64,000 bases of DNA, taken from contig CAVSQB010000026.1 in assembly GCA_963729895.1 (NCBI GenBank), positions 32,001 through 96,000 on the forward strand, written 5' to 3'. The notes under the pieces were generated by a model that saw only the letters and a list, made by a program, of their open reading frames with translations, made no database searches and was not told the DNA's origin. Below, in pieces: positions 38,434 through 48,860 of the stretch (positions are counted from its first letter, which is position 1; every line of letters starts with the position of its first letter). The translations under genes were made by a program, and so were the position numbers. The DNA comes from an uncultured Fibrobacterota bacterium (GTDB lineage: Bacteria > Fibrobacterota > Chitinivibrionia > Chitinivibrionales > FEN-1185).

Positions 38434-38994
38434 CTATTTCTTGCGCAAGGGTTTGAGGGCATTGCCCCAGGCAACCACCTGATCGAGCATGACGCCAAGC
38501 GACTTTTCGTGCGCTGCATTGGGCTTGAACACGCGATAGTTCTCAAAATCGTTGTGGAGCGAGATCATCACCTGGGCGCGGACGTCGGCTACCTGAACCT
38601 CTCCCAGCACAAGTCGCATTTGTTCAGCGGCTCGCGCTCCGCCGATGCTTCCATAGCTTACCAATCCGGCCGCCTTGTTGTTCCATTCGCCGTACAGGAA
38701 ATCGATTGCATTCTTGAGAGCGCCGGGTATTCCATGATTGTACTCCCCTGTCACGAAGACAAAGGCGTCGAATGAATCTATCTTCGCGGCCCAGCCCTTG
38801 GTATGCGGGTTCAGATGCTGGCCCATGGACGGCGGCATGGGTTCGTCCAGCAGCGGCAAATTGTAGTCCTTGATATCCACAAGTTCAAACTCGGAATCGG
38901 TACGATTCTTTGCAATTTCGTAAGCCCATTTGGCCACTCCCTCGCCGAGCCTGCCGGGGCGGGTACTGCCAAGGATGACTGCAGTCTTGATCAT
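38434..38994 (-). CDS. NADPH-dependent FMN reductase
   Basis: GSTRPGR, EYNHGIPGALKNAID and VSYG..GG.RA motifs. Confidence 0.93.
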   Translation of the reverse strand: MIKTAVILGSTRPGRLGEGVAKWAYEIAKNRTDSEFELVDIKDYNLPLLDEPMPPSMGQHLNPHTKGWAAKIDSFDAFVFVTGEYNHGIPGALKNAIDFLYGEWNNKAAGLVSYGSIGGARAAEQMRLVLGEVQVADVRAQVMISLHNDFENYRVFKPNAAHEKSLGVMLDQVVAWGNALKPLRKK

Positions 38995-39083
38995 GGTAGA
39001 GACCTCCTCAAAAAGGTAAGATTTTCTTCGGAAAGACTGTTTCGTAGGACGCGCGACGCGCCACGAGGCCCGCGCCATCCCGC

Positions 39084-39608
39084 TTATTTCTTCTCCCGTC
39101 CCTCCCCTTCCTTCCTCGCCGCCTCCCAAAACACCCCCGCAAACGCCCACGTTGACTTGTCTTTGCGGACAAACACGAGGTGCAGCTTCGAAACGCCGCA
39201 CAGCGCCTTGCACACGATCTCAACCCTGTTTTTCCCTGCGATGTTCACCTGGGTGAAATCGGACTCGGCAACGGGATAGGCGTCTCTGTTGTACATTCCG
39301 GCACAATTGGCCGTCAGAAACGATGCGCCCTGTCTGGCCGGAACGGCGGCGAGTTTCTTCTCATATTTATAATAACCGTCGGTCTGAACTGAAAAGTCTT
39401 TGGCCAGCTTTTGCAGCCTTGTGTCCGTCCTGATGGTGTCCAAAGGATAGCAGACCATTTTCTGCGGCAGGAGCGCAACAAGACCGGCTGAATCGCGCGT
39501 GACGATGGCGCGTATGACGGCATGCGTGAGCATATCGTAGTTGTCTGACGCGGACACGGCAAGAACCGAAAACGTCAAGAAGAATGCGATGAGACGGAAA
39601 CGCATCAT
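39084..39608 (-). CDS. Hypothetical exported protein
   Basis: Signal peptide MRFRLIAFFLTFSVLAVSA and GGGGAAG RBS. Confidence 0.65.
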   Translation of the reverse strand: MMRFRLIAFFLTFSVLAVSASDNYDMLTHAVIRAIVTRDSAGLVALLPQKMVCYPLDTIRTDTRLQKLAKDFSVQTDGYYKYEKKLAAVPARQGASFLTANCAGMYNRDAYPVAESDFTQVNIAGKNRVEIVCKALCGVSKLHLVFVRKDKSTWAFAGVFWEAARKEGEGREKK

Positions 39609-39823
39609 GGTCTTCCCCTTTTCCGAATTGGTGCAAAAGGTGAGGCGAATGGCGAAGAAGAAGAATAATTCCTTCTTCTTCTCATGTCAACAACATTCCG
39701 GCGTTGCCGAAGGGTAACGTTCTTGTGCCTTGCGTTGAAGAGAAGCGCAGTCCTGTTGAAACTGGGCAAAGCTGCAGTTTACTCCGCCTTCTAAACCCAA
39801 TCTGCAATTTTCAATCGGATCGA

Positions 39824-40717
39824 CTACATCCTGCTGCCCGGCGCGCCGAACATGCCCGATCCGCTTCCGGCGGCAAGTCCGAAAATGCTTTCGGGAGTCT
39901 CGGCATTTTCGGCGGTGACGCCGAACCGTTGCTCGCTTGCTCCCAAGCCGCGCTTGAGTCCGGCGGCCGACATGCGGAGGAGTTCGTCGGTATTCATGGA
40001 ATTCCATTCCCCGTCCCGAACGGAACTGAGGCCGTAGTGGGGCACATTGACAACATTGGAACGGACCGCAAGGTAGAACTTTCCGTCGGAGGTGAGGAAC
40101 CCGCATTCGACGACATATGCTCGTCCTGATTCCGGCACGTGCACGTACCAGTTGTTGGCATAGTCGTTGATCTCGATGTCGGTATATCTCTGGGCATTGG
40201 ACCCATTGTAATCGATGTCGGTCACATCGCAGATTCGCAGGAGCTTTTTGCTGGTCTGGAAAGCGGCGTCCCCCATCTTGCGCTTAAGGGATTCCCGGGA
40301 AGATTCGCTTATTTCCCAGTAAACGAAGAGCCATTCCGGGTCGCGCGGCATGGCTCGCATGTAGGTGTCGTTGTAGGAATCCGGAACGTCGGTTTGAAAA
40401 AAGTATTTGGGCCCAGTTAGGGGAGACTGCGGAGATACAAAGGTCGAATGAACGGCCTTGGGAACCTTGCCGTTACCATTTTTCCCGGCAGTCACACGCT
40501 GGACCCGTGTTTTCCGTTCAATCTCTTTTGCGGGAGCGGCCGTGGATCTTGCCAGGGGCTCAAACCGTTTGGCTGCAGGCTTCTTTGGAACCGATGGTTC
40601 TTTAGGCGCGGCATTAGCGATTGCAGCCTTCGTAGGTCTCGATTCTCTTTTTAGGAATGCTTTTACCGCTTTTGCGACAGTGCCGCGTTTAACCGGCTTT
40701 TTCTTCTTTCCCGCCAT
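39824..40717 (-). CDS. DUF4912 domain protein with Lys/Ala-rich N-terminus
   Basis: PRDPEWLFVYWEI, NWYVHVP and RSNVV.VP motifs. Confidence 0.85.
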   Translation of the reverse strand: MAGKKKKPVKRGTVAKAVKAFLKRESRPTKAAIANAAPKEPSVPKKPAAKRFEPLARSTAAPAKEIERKTRVQRVTAGKNGNGKVPKAVHSTFVSPQSPLTGPKYFFQTDVPDSYNDTYMRAMPRDPEWLFVYWEISESSRESLKRKMGDAAFQTSKKLLRICDVTDIDYNGSNAQRYTDIEINDYANNWYVHVPESGRAYVVECGFLTSDGKFYLAVRSNVVNVPHYGLSSVRDGEWNSMNTDELLRMSAAGLKRGLGASEQRFGVTAENAETPESIFGLAAGSGSGMFGAPGSRM

Positions 40718-40902
40718 GATTGGCCTCCCAATTTTGCTACATACGAGAGCCATGGAACCGGTGCTTTATCTCAAAAAACGCGCCCCCGCTACCACCCCGC
40801 AACGCTCGATTGGAAAGAGGTGACAGGACTCAGGAACACCCATAGAAACTAGATAGAGCGCATCTCAGAATGACGTCTTATTGCTGTAGTCTGCAAGAAA
40901 AA

Positions 40903-40918
40903 TGCAACATCTGTGCCA
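40903..40918 (-). promoter_or_regulatory. Sigma54 (-24/-12) promoter upstream of the DUF4912 gene
   Basis: TGGCAC-AGATG-TTGCA on the minus strand, a perfect match to TGGCAC-N5-TTGC. Confidence 0.65.
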
Positions 40919-41178
40919 ACTCAGCCCAATTTCCATGTCTTCCAACGGACTCTTACCAGGTTCCACATATTCACCCAAATTGAAGAACCTCGTCCCGCGG
41001 GACGAGGAAAAGGCCAATGACACAATATCCAGCGCGAAGCGCTATTACCACACCTTAGGGAATGAAATGACAATTTTCCATCCCTATGGAAAAAAAACAT
41101 ATCCATAGTCGCTCGCTATGGGATTGCTTCGCTCCCAAGAAGCTCCCAACCACGATAATGCCTCAAGCGCGCAGCAGA

Positions 41179-42333
41179 TCATTCGGTAGCTGCGCCTTTT
41201 ATCAAGGCAAGAGCGATTTCGTTGCGCTGAATCTGGTTGGTGCCTTCATAGATCTGGGTGATCTTGGCGTCGCGCATGCGCTTCTCCATCGGATAATCGC
41301 GCATGTAACCATAGCCGCCCATCACCTGCACCGCATCCACCGTGACCTTCATCGCCGTGTCGGAGCAGAACAGTTTGGTCATTGCCGACTCCTTGGCGAA
41401 CTTCTTTTCGCCTGCGTCAATAGTCCTCGCGGTTGCATACATCAGTGCGCGAGCAGCCTCGATCTGGGTGGCCATGTCGGCGAGCAGGTGTTGAACCGCC
41501 TGGAACGAGGATATGGGCGACCCAAACTGGATGCGCTCGCGCGAATACTTTACGGCGTCTTCGAGCGCGCCCGCGGCAATGCCGAGCGCCTGTGCGCCCA
41601 CACCGGGCCGCGAATAATTGAGCGTGTTGATGGTAACGATGGCACCCATTCCTTCGCGCGAAAGCAGATTGGCCTTGGGTATCTTGCAATCCTGGAACAC
41701 GAGCTCGGTGGTACTCGACGCCCGGATTCCCATCTTATCTTCATGCTTGCCGAACGTGAATCCCGGCGTTCCCTTTTCCACGATGAATGCACTGATGCCG
41801 CGAGCTCCCTTTGCCGGGTTGGTCTTTGCCATCACCGCGTAGATCTCGGCGTTCTCACCGTTGGTTATCCACTGCTTGGTGCCGTTGAGCACGTACCGGT
41901 CACCCGAAAGCACCGCGGTTGTTTTCATACCGAGGGCGTCCGACCCGGCATTGGCCTCGGTGAGGCCGAATGCCGCGAGCTTCTTTCCCGATGCGATATC
42001 GGGCAGGTATTTCTTCTTTTGTTCATCGGAGCCGAACAAGAGGATGGGAAAGGTGCCCAGCGCGGTTGCCGCGATGGCAAGCGAAATACCCCCGTCAACC
42101 TTGGAGAGTTCCTCAACCGCAAGGCAGAGTTCGAACACGCCGCCGCCCATGCCGCCGTACTCCTGTGGAATGTACAATCCGCACAGGTCGGCCTCGGCGC
42201 ACGCACGCACCACGTCCCAGGGGAAAATTCCTTCCCGGTCATAGTGTTCGCGAACGGGCAAAATCTTCTTGTGCGCGACCTCCCGGGCCGTTTCGACGAT
42301 CATCTGTTGTTCTTCGGTGAGAAACCATTTCAT
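41179..42333 (-). CDS. Acyl-CoA dehydrogenase (short-chain/butyryl-CoA type)
   Basis: FGLTEANAGSD, NGTKQWITN, R.QFG.PI..FQ, GGYGY and IYEGTNQIQR motifs. Confidence 0.95.
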   Translation of the reverse strand: MKWFLTEEQQMIVETAREVAHKKILPVREHYDREGIFPWDVVRACAEADLCGLYIPQEYGGMGGGVFELCLAVEELSKVDGGISLAIAATALGTFPILLFGSDEQKKKYLPDIASGKKLAAFGLTEANAGSDALGMKTTAVLSGDRYVLNGTKQWITNGENAEIYAVMAKTNPAKGARGISAFIVEKGTPGFTFGKHEDKMGIRASSTTELVFQDCKIPKANLLSREGMGAIVTINTLNYSRPGVGAQALGIAAGALEDAVKYSRERIQFGSPISSFQAVQHLLADMATQIEAARALMYATARTIDAGEKKFAKESAMTKLFCSDTAMKVTVDAVQVMGGYGYMRDYPMEKRMRDAKITQIYEGTNQIQRNEIALALIKGAATE

Positions 42334-43133
42334 GGGGTGAGCACTCCTTTACTAAGTGTAATCGTTTCCTTGCTGTACCCGAGAAGCGCCTCGCGCGCGG
42401 CGCTCTGCTCGGCAACTTTCTTGTTGGGGCCGGCTCCTTCGCCGAGCGGGACGCCGCCCACCTCGACGCGGACGGTAAACTCCTTGGCATGTTCGGGACC
42501 GCTTGCGGATACAACGCGGTAGCGCGGTATGCCGAAGCCGTCGCGCTGCGAAAGCTCCAGGATCTTGCTCTTGTAGTTGGTATTACTTTCGTCCTTGAGG
42601 AACGCGTCGATGCTGCCGAACAGAAACCTGTCGAGGAATCTTCTTGCCTTTTCGAGGCCGCCGTCAAGGTAGACGGCGCCGAGCACCGCCTCAAACGCGT
42701 TCGATACTATCGACATCGGCTGGTTACCGCCCGATTTCCTTTCGGAATAGCCGAAATGCAGGTATTCGCCAAGGCTGAAGGACTGTGCGATCTCGCCGAG
42801 GATCTTTCTGCTCACCACCAGGGATTTTACTTTTGATAACTGGCCTTCTGATTTCGTGGGATATGCATGGTACAGGTGTTCGGTAACCAGGCAGTTGAGC
42901 ACGGCGTCGCCGAGAAACTCGAGCCGCTCGTTGGACATGAGGCCTTTCTTGTCGTCCGGCCCCACGCTCGACTTGTGCGTGAGCGAGAGGGTGAGCAGGG
43001 CGCAGCTATGGAATTTGTACCCGATTGTTTTCTGGAATGTCGCGAGCGACGGATCGATTCGGCGGTATTCGCGATGCGAAAAAATTAGCCTGAGGAGATC
43101 GCCTGGCCTTTTACGCAGATTCATATTTTCCAA
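42330..43133 (-). CDS. rnc: Ribonuclease III
   Basis: NERLEFLGDAVL, FEAVLGAVYLD and a C-terminal dsRBD. Confidence 0.97.
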   Translation of the reverse strand: MENMNLRKRPGDLLRLIFSHREYRRIDPSLATFQKTIGYKFHSCALLTLSLTHKSSVGPDDKKGLMSNERLEFLGDAVLNCLVTEHLYHAYPTKSEGQLSKVKSLVVSRKILGEIAQSFSLGEYLHFGYSERKSGGNQPMSIVSNAFEAVLGAVYLDGGLEKARRFLDRFLFGSIDAFLKDESNTNYKSKILELSQRDGFGIPRYRVVSASGPEHAKEFTVRVEVGGVPLGEGAGPNKKVAEQSAAREALLGYSKETITLSKGVLTP

Positions 43134-44355
43134 CGACCAGCGAGGCGTTGTGACCGCCGAACCCGAAGGAATTCTTCATCGCGTACCGCACCTTCCGTTT
43201 CACGGCGGTGTTCGGCGTGTAATTGAGATCGCATTCCGGGTCCGGGTCTTCGTAGTTGATGGTCGGATGGATGATGTCGCAGGAAAGGGACAGGATGGTG
43301 GCGATGAACTCAATGCCGCCCGACGCGCCGAGCAGATGGCCTGTCATCGACTTTGTGGAACTTATGTTCACTTTCGCGGCGTGTTCGCCGAAAACCTTCT
43401 TGATGGCGACGGTTTCGAGCTTGTCGTTGAGTTCGGTGGACGTGCCATGCGCGTTGATGTAGTCGATGTCTTCTGGTCTGATTCCGGCCGACGCCAGCGA
43501 CATGGCCATGGAACGCTGAGCACCTTCGCCGTCGGGTGACGGAGCGGTGAGATGGAACGCGTCGCCGGTTGCGCCGTATCCGAGGAGTTCGCCGTAAATG
43601 ACGGCGTTGCGGGCCTTCGCATGATCGAGTGTTTCGAGCACGACGATTCCCGACCCTTCGCCCATGACGAAGCCGTCGCGTTTCTTGTCGAACGGCGAAC
43701 TTGCTTTCTGGGGATTCTGGTTCCGCGTCGACAAGGCCTTGAGCGAGCAGAATCCGGCATACGACAGGGGGGTGATCGCCGATTCGGCGCCGCCGGCAAT
43801 GGCAACATCCATCATGCCTGCTTTGAGCATGAGGAACGAATCGCCAAGGGCGTGCCCGGCCGATGCGCATGCACTCACAACGGAGAAATTAGGTCCCTTG
43901 AGCCCGTACCCGATGGAAACCCTTCCTGCCGCCATGTCGGTTATCATCATGGGGATCAGAAAGGGGGAAACACGGCCCGGCCCCCGTGACAGGAGTTTGG
44001 CGTGCTCGGCCTCCAGAGTCTTGAGCCCGCCCACGCCGGAGCCGATGATGGTGCCGATACGGGTGAGATCTTCACGAGCAAGATCGAGCTTGGCGTCTTT
44101 GATCGCCATGTCTGCGGCGACAAGGGCAAAGAGGATAAATCGGTCGGTCCTGCCGACCTCCTTGAGATCAACAAGGCCTTCCAGATCGAGTTCCTTGACT
44201 TCACCGGCGATCTTCGACGGATAATTCGCGGTGTCGAATGTGGAAATATAATCGATCCCCGATTTCCCTTGACACAGGGAATCCCAGAACGACTGCACGG
44301 AATTGCCTACCGGACTAACAACTCCCAAGCCGGTGACCACTACTCGCTTCGACAT
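43111..44355 (-). CDS. fabF: 3-oxoacyl-ACP synthase II
   Basis: SACASAG, NAHGTST, KSMTGHLLGA and NSFGFGGHN; fab operon context. Confidence 0.97.
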   Translation of the reverse strand: MSKRVVVTGLGVVSPVGNSVQSFWDSLCQGKSGIDYISTFDTANYPSKIAGEVKELDLEGLVDLKEVGRTDRFILFALVAADMAIKDAKLDLAREDLTRIGTIIGSGVGGLKTLEAEHAKLLSRGPGRVSPFLIPMMITDMAAGRVSIGYGLKGPNFSVVSACASAGHALGDSFLMLKAGMMDVAIAGGAESAITPLSYAGFCSLKALSTRNQNPQKASSPFDKKRDGFVMGEGSGIVVLETLDHAKARNAVIYGELLGYGATGDAFHLTAPSPDGEGAQRSMAMSLASAGIRPEDIDYINAHGTSTELNDKLETVAIKKVFGEHAAKVNISSTKSMTGHLLGASGGIEFIATILSLSCDIIHPTINYEDPDPECDLNYTPNTAVKRKVRYAMKNSFGFGGHNASLVVGKYESA

Positions 44356-44379
44356 CCAAGCATCAACTTTCGTTGGCGG

Positions 44380-44613
44380 TTAGAGCTTTTTTTCCAGATA
44401 CTCAATGGCGTCTTTGACGGTACGGAGTTTTTCCGCGTCTTCGTCGGGGATCTCTATATCGAACGCATCTTCAAAAGCCATGATAAGCTCGACCTGATCG
44501 AGTGAATCTGCGCCAAGATCTTCGACAAACGAAGCCTGCGGAGTCACCTTGTCCTCTGATACGCCAAGCTTCTCGGCGATAATCTGCTTAATCTTGGTTT
44601 CTTTCTCGCTCAC
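44380..44613 (-). CDS. acpP: Acyl carrier protein
   Basis: [23 protein letters not shown] start after AAGGAG. Confidence 0.96.
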   Translation of the reverse strand: MSEKETKIKQIIAEKLGVSEDKVTPQASFVEDLGADSLDQVELIMAFEDAFDIEIPDEDAEKLRTVKDAIEYLEKKL

Positions 44614-44686
44614 GCTTAACTCCTTTCGAGATTGATGTAGGTACGACGGGGACCTTTGGGTCCTTCTAAAAATGATTTCTTCCTGT

Positions 44687-45430
44687 TTACATAACAAGCC
44701 CGCCATCAACCGGAACTACCTGCCCGGTTATGTAATCGGACAGAGACGATGCAAGGAACAGCACGGCGTTCGCAACGTCGAGCGGCCAGCCGAGCCTTTG
44801 CATTGGAATCTGGGACGCAAGTTTTTCCTTGTCTTGAGCGGAGAGCTTGTCGGTCATGGCAGTTTGGATATATCCGGGAGCGACCGCATTCACCTGGATG
44901 TTTCGGCTCGCGAATTCACGGGCCAGCGTCTTGGTAAGTCCGATAAGCCCGGCCTTGGACGCCGAATAGTTTGCTTGCCCTGCATTTCCCCGGAGACCGA
45001 CGACCGAAGCGATATTGATGATTTTTCCCGTGCGAGCTTTCATCATGATGCGCGAAACTTCCTTGCAGCACAAGAATGCACTCTTAAGGTTGATGGAAAG
45101 CACAAGGTCCCAGTCTTCCTCTTTCATGCGAACTATGAGGCCGTCCCGGGTGATGCCCGCGTTGTTTACGAGAATATCGATTGCGGGGAAACGTGCATTA
45201 AAATCCGAAACCATTTGGGCGATGTCCGAAGCTTTCGAGACGTCACACCGCAGGGCAAGAGAGGATGCACCCAATGCCTTAACCTCGGCGGCAGTCGATT
45301 CTGCGGTCGAGATATCCACGTCGCATGCCCCGATATTCGCTCCGGCCTTCGCCAGCGTGAGGGCGATTTCCCTTCCGATACCACGGCCGGCACCTGTAAT
45401 AAGGGCATATTTTCCTTCCAAACGTATCAC
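44687..45430 (-). CDS. fabG: 3-oxoacyl-ACP reductase
   Basis: [16 protein letters not shown] and YSASK motifs. Confidence 0.96.
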   Translation of the reverse strand: MIRLEGKYALITGAGRGIGREIALTLAKAGANIGACDVDISTAESTAAEVKALGASSLALRCDVSKASDIAQMVSDFNARFPAIDILVNNAGITRDGLIVRMKEEDWDLVLSINLKSAFLCCKEVSRIMMKARTGKIINIASVVGLRGNAGQANYSASKAGLIGLTKTLAREFASRNIQVNAVAPGYIQTAMTDKLSAQDKEKLASQIPMQRLGWPLDVANAVLFLASSLSDYITGQVVPVDGGLVM

Positions 45431-45513
45431 GCCGCTTGTTCCCCTGTCCTACCCGGTTGCCTTGCCAATTTACCCGATAACAATTAGAATTGGATCCGCC
45501 GCACAATCTTTCT

Positions 45514-46428
45514 TCAGCGAACCATTGAATATATGTTTTCAACTGTTCCGCACAAAACAACATTCAGGGCCGAATTGCATTTTTTCACCAGACCGCTGAG
45601 CACTGACCCGGGGCCAACTTCGCATAAGGTTCCGGGCGCGTTTTGAGCCAGCGTCGCAACGGAGTCTACCCACCTTACGGGCGACGTGAGTTGTTTCACG
45701 AGAAGACGTTTGATTGCGGCGCCCGATGTCTCGATGCTTGCCGTCACATTCGCAACAACCGGACAAGCCGGGTCCTTAAAGACAAAAGGTTCCAGGAAAC
45801 GGGAGAACTCTTCTACCGAAGACGCCATGAGCGGGGAATGAAACGCCCCGCTTACCGGGAGGACTACGGCGCGCTTTGCACCTGCGTTCCTGAGAGCCTC
45901 GCATGCGCGGGTCACTGCCGGAACCTCTCCTGAAATGACGGTCTGGTCCGGGCTGTTTTCGTTTGCGCACACAACAACACCGCCGACTGAAGCAAGGATC
46001 TCCTGTATCCTCGGCCGGGAAAGTCCCACGATGGCAGCCATGGTTCCGGGCGTTTTCTCACCTGCACGGGACATAAGTTCCCCTCTTTTCGCAACCATGG
46101 CGAGTCCGGCGCGAAACGAGATCGCCCCGGCCGCATACAGGGCGCAATATTCTCCCAACGAATGTCCGGCGCACAACGATGGCACGATCCCTCTTTCTTT
46201 CAGGACATCACAGATTATCGACTCAACCGCAAAAAGCGCAGGCTGGGTATTCTGCGTTTGAGTGAGCGCCGATTCCGGACCTTTCAGAATTACGGCAAAG
46301 AGGTCGCGCCCCAGCACCTCATTGCATTCATCAACGCGACGCCTGGCGAGGTCGAAAGAAATGATGAAATCATTCCCCATGCCCACTTTTTGGGAACCCT
46401 GTCCGGGAAAGAGAAACGTGTATCGCAT
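45514..46428 (-). CDS. fabD: Malonyl-CoA:ACP transacylase
   Basis: FPGQGSQ, TQPAL, GHSLGE and VSGAFHS motifs. Confidence 0.97.
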   Translation of the reverse strand: MRYTFLFPGQGSQKVGMGNDFIISFDLARRRVDECNEVLGRDLFAVILKGPESALTQTQNTQPALFAVESIICDVLKERGIVPSLCAGHSLGEYCALYAAGAISFRAGLAMVAKRGELMSRAGEKTPGTMAAIVGLSRPRIQEILASVGGVVVCANENSPDQTVISGEVPAVTRACEALRNAGAKRAVVLPVSGAFHSPLMASSVEEFSRFLEPFVFKDPACPVVANVTASIETSGAAIKRLLVKQLTSPVRWVDSVATLAQNAPGTLCEVGPGSVLSGLVKKCNSALNVVLCGTVENIYSMVR

Positions 46429-46474
46429 CAAATGTTTTCCCCTTTTTGCGGTCTTTGCGCCTTTGCAGTGAATC

Positions 46475-47437
46475 TTAGAATCTGACTACCGCGCTACCCC
46501 ACGCAAGGCCGCCGCCCAGCGCCGTGAACATGGCAACGGTGCCGTCTTTGACCCGGCCGTCGGCCCAGGCGTCCGCGAGCGCCAGCGGAATGGATGCCGA
46601 CGAAGTATTTCCATACTTGTCCAAGTTGGTCACCATTCTTTCACGCGGCAGATTAAGATGTTTCGCCATGGCGTCCATAATGCGCAGGTTAGCCTGGTGC
46701 GGGATAAGAAGGTCTATATCTTCAATCGACAGGCCTGCTTTCTTGAGGCATTGCTCGGTTGCATCACCCATGAGGCGCACGGCGTGTTTGTACACTTCGT
46801 TGCCGTTCATCTTCATGTACCGATGTTCCCCGAATGCGGGCAGGTATAAGATATCTCCCAGCGCCCCGTTACTTTTCAGATAAGTGGCAAGGATCCCTTT
46901 ATCACCGTCTTCGCGCTTCTCGAGGAGCACTGCACCGGCGCCGTCGCCGAACAGAATGCATGTACTGCGGTCGGTCCAGTCGACCGTTCGCGATGTTATT
47001 TCGACCCCAACAACGAGCATGCGACTGCACTGGCCCGACACGATCATGGAATCGGCGATGGACAATGCGTACACGAATCCTGCGCACGCCGCCGACACAT
47101 CAAACGCGCATGCACGCGTATTGCCGATGAATTGCTGGATCTTGCATGCGGTTGAAGGAAAGAAATAATCCGGCGAAAATGTTGCGCAGATGATGCCGTC
47201 GACATCGAGCGGCGAGCACCGCGCATTGGAAAGCGCGGCACACGCGGCCTTGCCGCCAAGCTCGTATGCCCGGGCGTCCTCTCCCGGAGCGAACAGGTGG
47301 CGTTGCCGTATGCCGGTGCGCGTGGAAATCCATTCATCTGATGTATCAAGAATCTTCTCGAGGTCTTTGTTGGTTACGATACGCTCGGGAACGCTTGTGC
47401 CGACCGAGACGATGCGCGCGATTCTTTTGTATGTCAC
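46475..47437 (-). CDS. fabH: 3-oxoacyl-ACP synthase III
   Basis: AACAGF, FGDGAGA, PHQAN.RI and GNTSSAS motifs. Confidence 0.97.
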   Translation of the reverse strand: MTYKRIARIVSVGTSVPERIVTNKDLEKILDTSDEWISTRTGIRQRHLFAPGEDARAYELGGKAACAALSNARCSPLDVDGIICATFSPDYFFPSTACKIQQFIGNTRACAFDVSAACAGFVYALSIADSMIVSGQCSRMLVVGVEITSRTVDWTDRSTCILFGDGAGAVLLEKREDGDKGILATYLKSNGALGDILYLPAFGEHRYMKMNGNEVYKHAVRLMGDATEQCLKKAGLSIEDIDLLIPHQANLRIMDAMAKHLNLPRERMVTNLDKYGNTSSASIPLALADAWADGRVKDGTVAMFTALGGGLAWGSAVVRF

Positions 47438-47438
47438 C

Positions 47439-48434
47439 TTATCGTATGCCTTTCACCGTCGTTGCCGTGTCTCCCGTAAGGGCATCCTTCCGTAGCACGG
47501 TTATCGAGGTAAGAATCGCGTTTGTAATTGCCCTTGACGTGGAACTCCCGTGCGCTTTGAGTACCGTGCCTCGAATGCCCAGAAAGGGCACCGCACCATA
47601 ATTTTCGGGATTGAGCACGCTGTCCACTTCGTTTTCGACCTTCTCCCAAAGTCCTGGTTTGGGGTCCAGCACGCTTCGTGCGAGCGAGTAAAAGCTTTCG
47701 CACGCCTTAAGAAGCACGTTGCCGGCGAAACCGTCACATACCACCACGTCCGCTTCTCCGCGAAGTACGCCCGACCCTTCAATAAACCCGCAGTATCCTG
47801 TGCAGGATTTTTCGAGCCTTTGCCCCGCCTCGAACAGCACGCGCGTTCCCTTGGTCGGCTCTTCGCCTATGTTAAGCAGCTTGAGCCGCGGCGAAGGATT
47901 GTTGCAGTATTTTCTCACGTACGAATATCCCAGGTGGCCAAAGCAAACCAGGTGCTGCACGCGGCAGTTGAGGTTTGCGCCAACGTCAAGAAGCAGGATC
48001 TGTCCTTTTCCGGCGGTCGGCAGAAAAGCCGCGAGCGCCGGCCTCAGCGCCTCCCTCTGGCGGCCGAGGACAAAAAGGGCGGCGCTCATCAGAATTCCGG
48101 TATCGCCCGCGCTTATGGATGCGTCGACCTTGCCCTGTTTCTGGAGCGTAACGATCCGGATTATGGGTGCGTCTGTTTTTGTTTTCCACACCCGCGTCGG
48201 AATGTCTCCCGGCTCAACGCGGTCGCCGCAGTGTTCAATTATCAGCGGACCCTTTCCGTCTTCCGGGTTTCCGCCGGCTTCCTCCAGAAGCGAACGTATT
48301 TTTGCCGAGTCGCCGCACAAATAGGCGGCAAACGGGTCGCCTATGATGCGTCGTGCTTCCAGAATTCCGTTGATGATGACTCTGGAGCCGTTGTCGCCGC
48401 TCATGACGTCAATGGCCAAACGGAGAGGACGCAT
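47439..48434 (-). CDS. plsX: Phosphate acyltransferase PlsX
   Basis: AIDVMSGD, RPAL, LDVGAN, LNIGEE..KG, VCDGF.GN..LK and KAHG motifs. Confidence 0.95.
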   Translation of the reverse strand: MRPLRLAIDVMSGDNGSRVIINGILEARRIIGDPFAAYLCGDSAKIRSLLEEAGGNPEDGKGPLIIEHCGDRVEPGDIPTRVWKTKTDAPIIRIVTLQKQGKVDASISAGDTGILMSAALFVLGRQREALRPALAAFLPTAGKGQILLLDVGANLNCRVQHLVCFGHLGYSYVRKYCNNPSPRLKLLNIGEEPTKGTRVLFEAGQRLEKSCTGYCGFIEGSGVLRGEADVVVCDGFAGNVLLKACESFYSLARSVLDPKPGLWEKVENEVDSVLNPENYGAVPFLGIRGTVLKAHGSSTSRAITNAILTSITVLRKDALTGDTATTVKGIR

Positions 48435-48644
48435 TTTCAATCCGGTTCCGGCAAACGGTTTATCGTCAGTCCGGCTTTAGAGCCTAGCCGCGCACCACAA
48501 CACGGACTCCACTGTTTCGAAGGAACCGTTTGTTTTGTCGGGCCGCATCGGCGGCGTATCACTACGAGACAGGCCTGCTTTGGCCTCCACGCCTGCGGCT
48601 TTTTCGCCCGGTTTCGCCGGCAACCCTTATTCACAAATGAACTC

Positions 48645-48824
48645 TTAGTCTACCGGCTGGATTCTTTCCACCCCAGCATAGAAGCCGCAGTTCTGGCATA
48701 CGCGGTGGGCCATTTTCGGCTGTTTGCAATGAGAACAAAGCGTGGGTGCTTTCGGCTTTATCTTGAAATGCGTTCTGCGTTTGTCTCGACGTGTGCTGGA
48801 TATTCGCCTTTTGGGAAGCGCCAT
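48645..48824 (-). CDS. rpmF: 50S ribosomal protein L32 (Zn-ribbon form); absent from the supplied ORF track
   Basis: Manual translation MALPKRRISSTRRDKRRTHFKIKPKAPTLCSHCKQPKMAHRVCQNCGFYAGVERIQPVD* (59 aa), with GAGG RBS. Confidence 0.95.
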   Translation of the reverse strand: MALPKRRISSTRRDKRRTHFKIKPKAPTLCSHCKQPKMAHRVCQNCGFYAGVERIQPVD

Positions 48825-48860
48825 TTTTCCTCCTCTGGATAATTACCTTTGTCTATTTGT

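Noticed and set aside
39690..39820. Possible c-di-GMP riboswitch or other ncRNA (GGGCAAAGC)
   Set aside because: The required two-stem architecture and downstream gene orientation are not supported.
40921..41106. 61-aa minus-strand ORF in an AT-rich spacer
   Set aside because: No recognisable motif; probably decayed or non-coding sequence.
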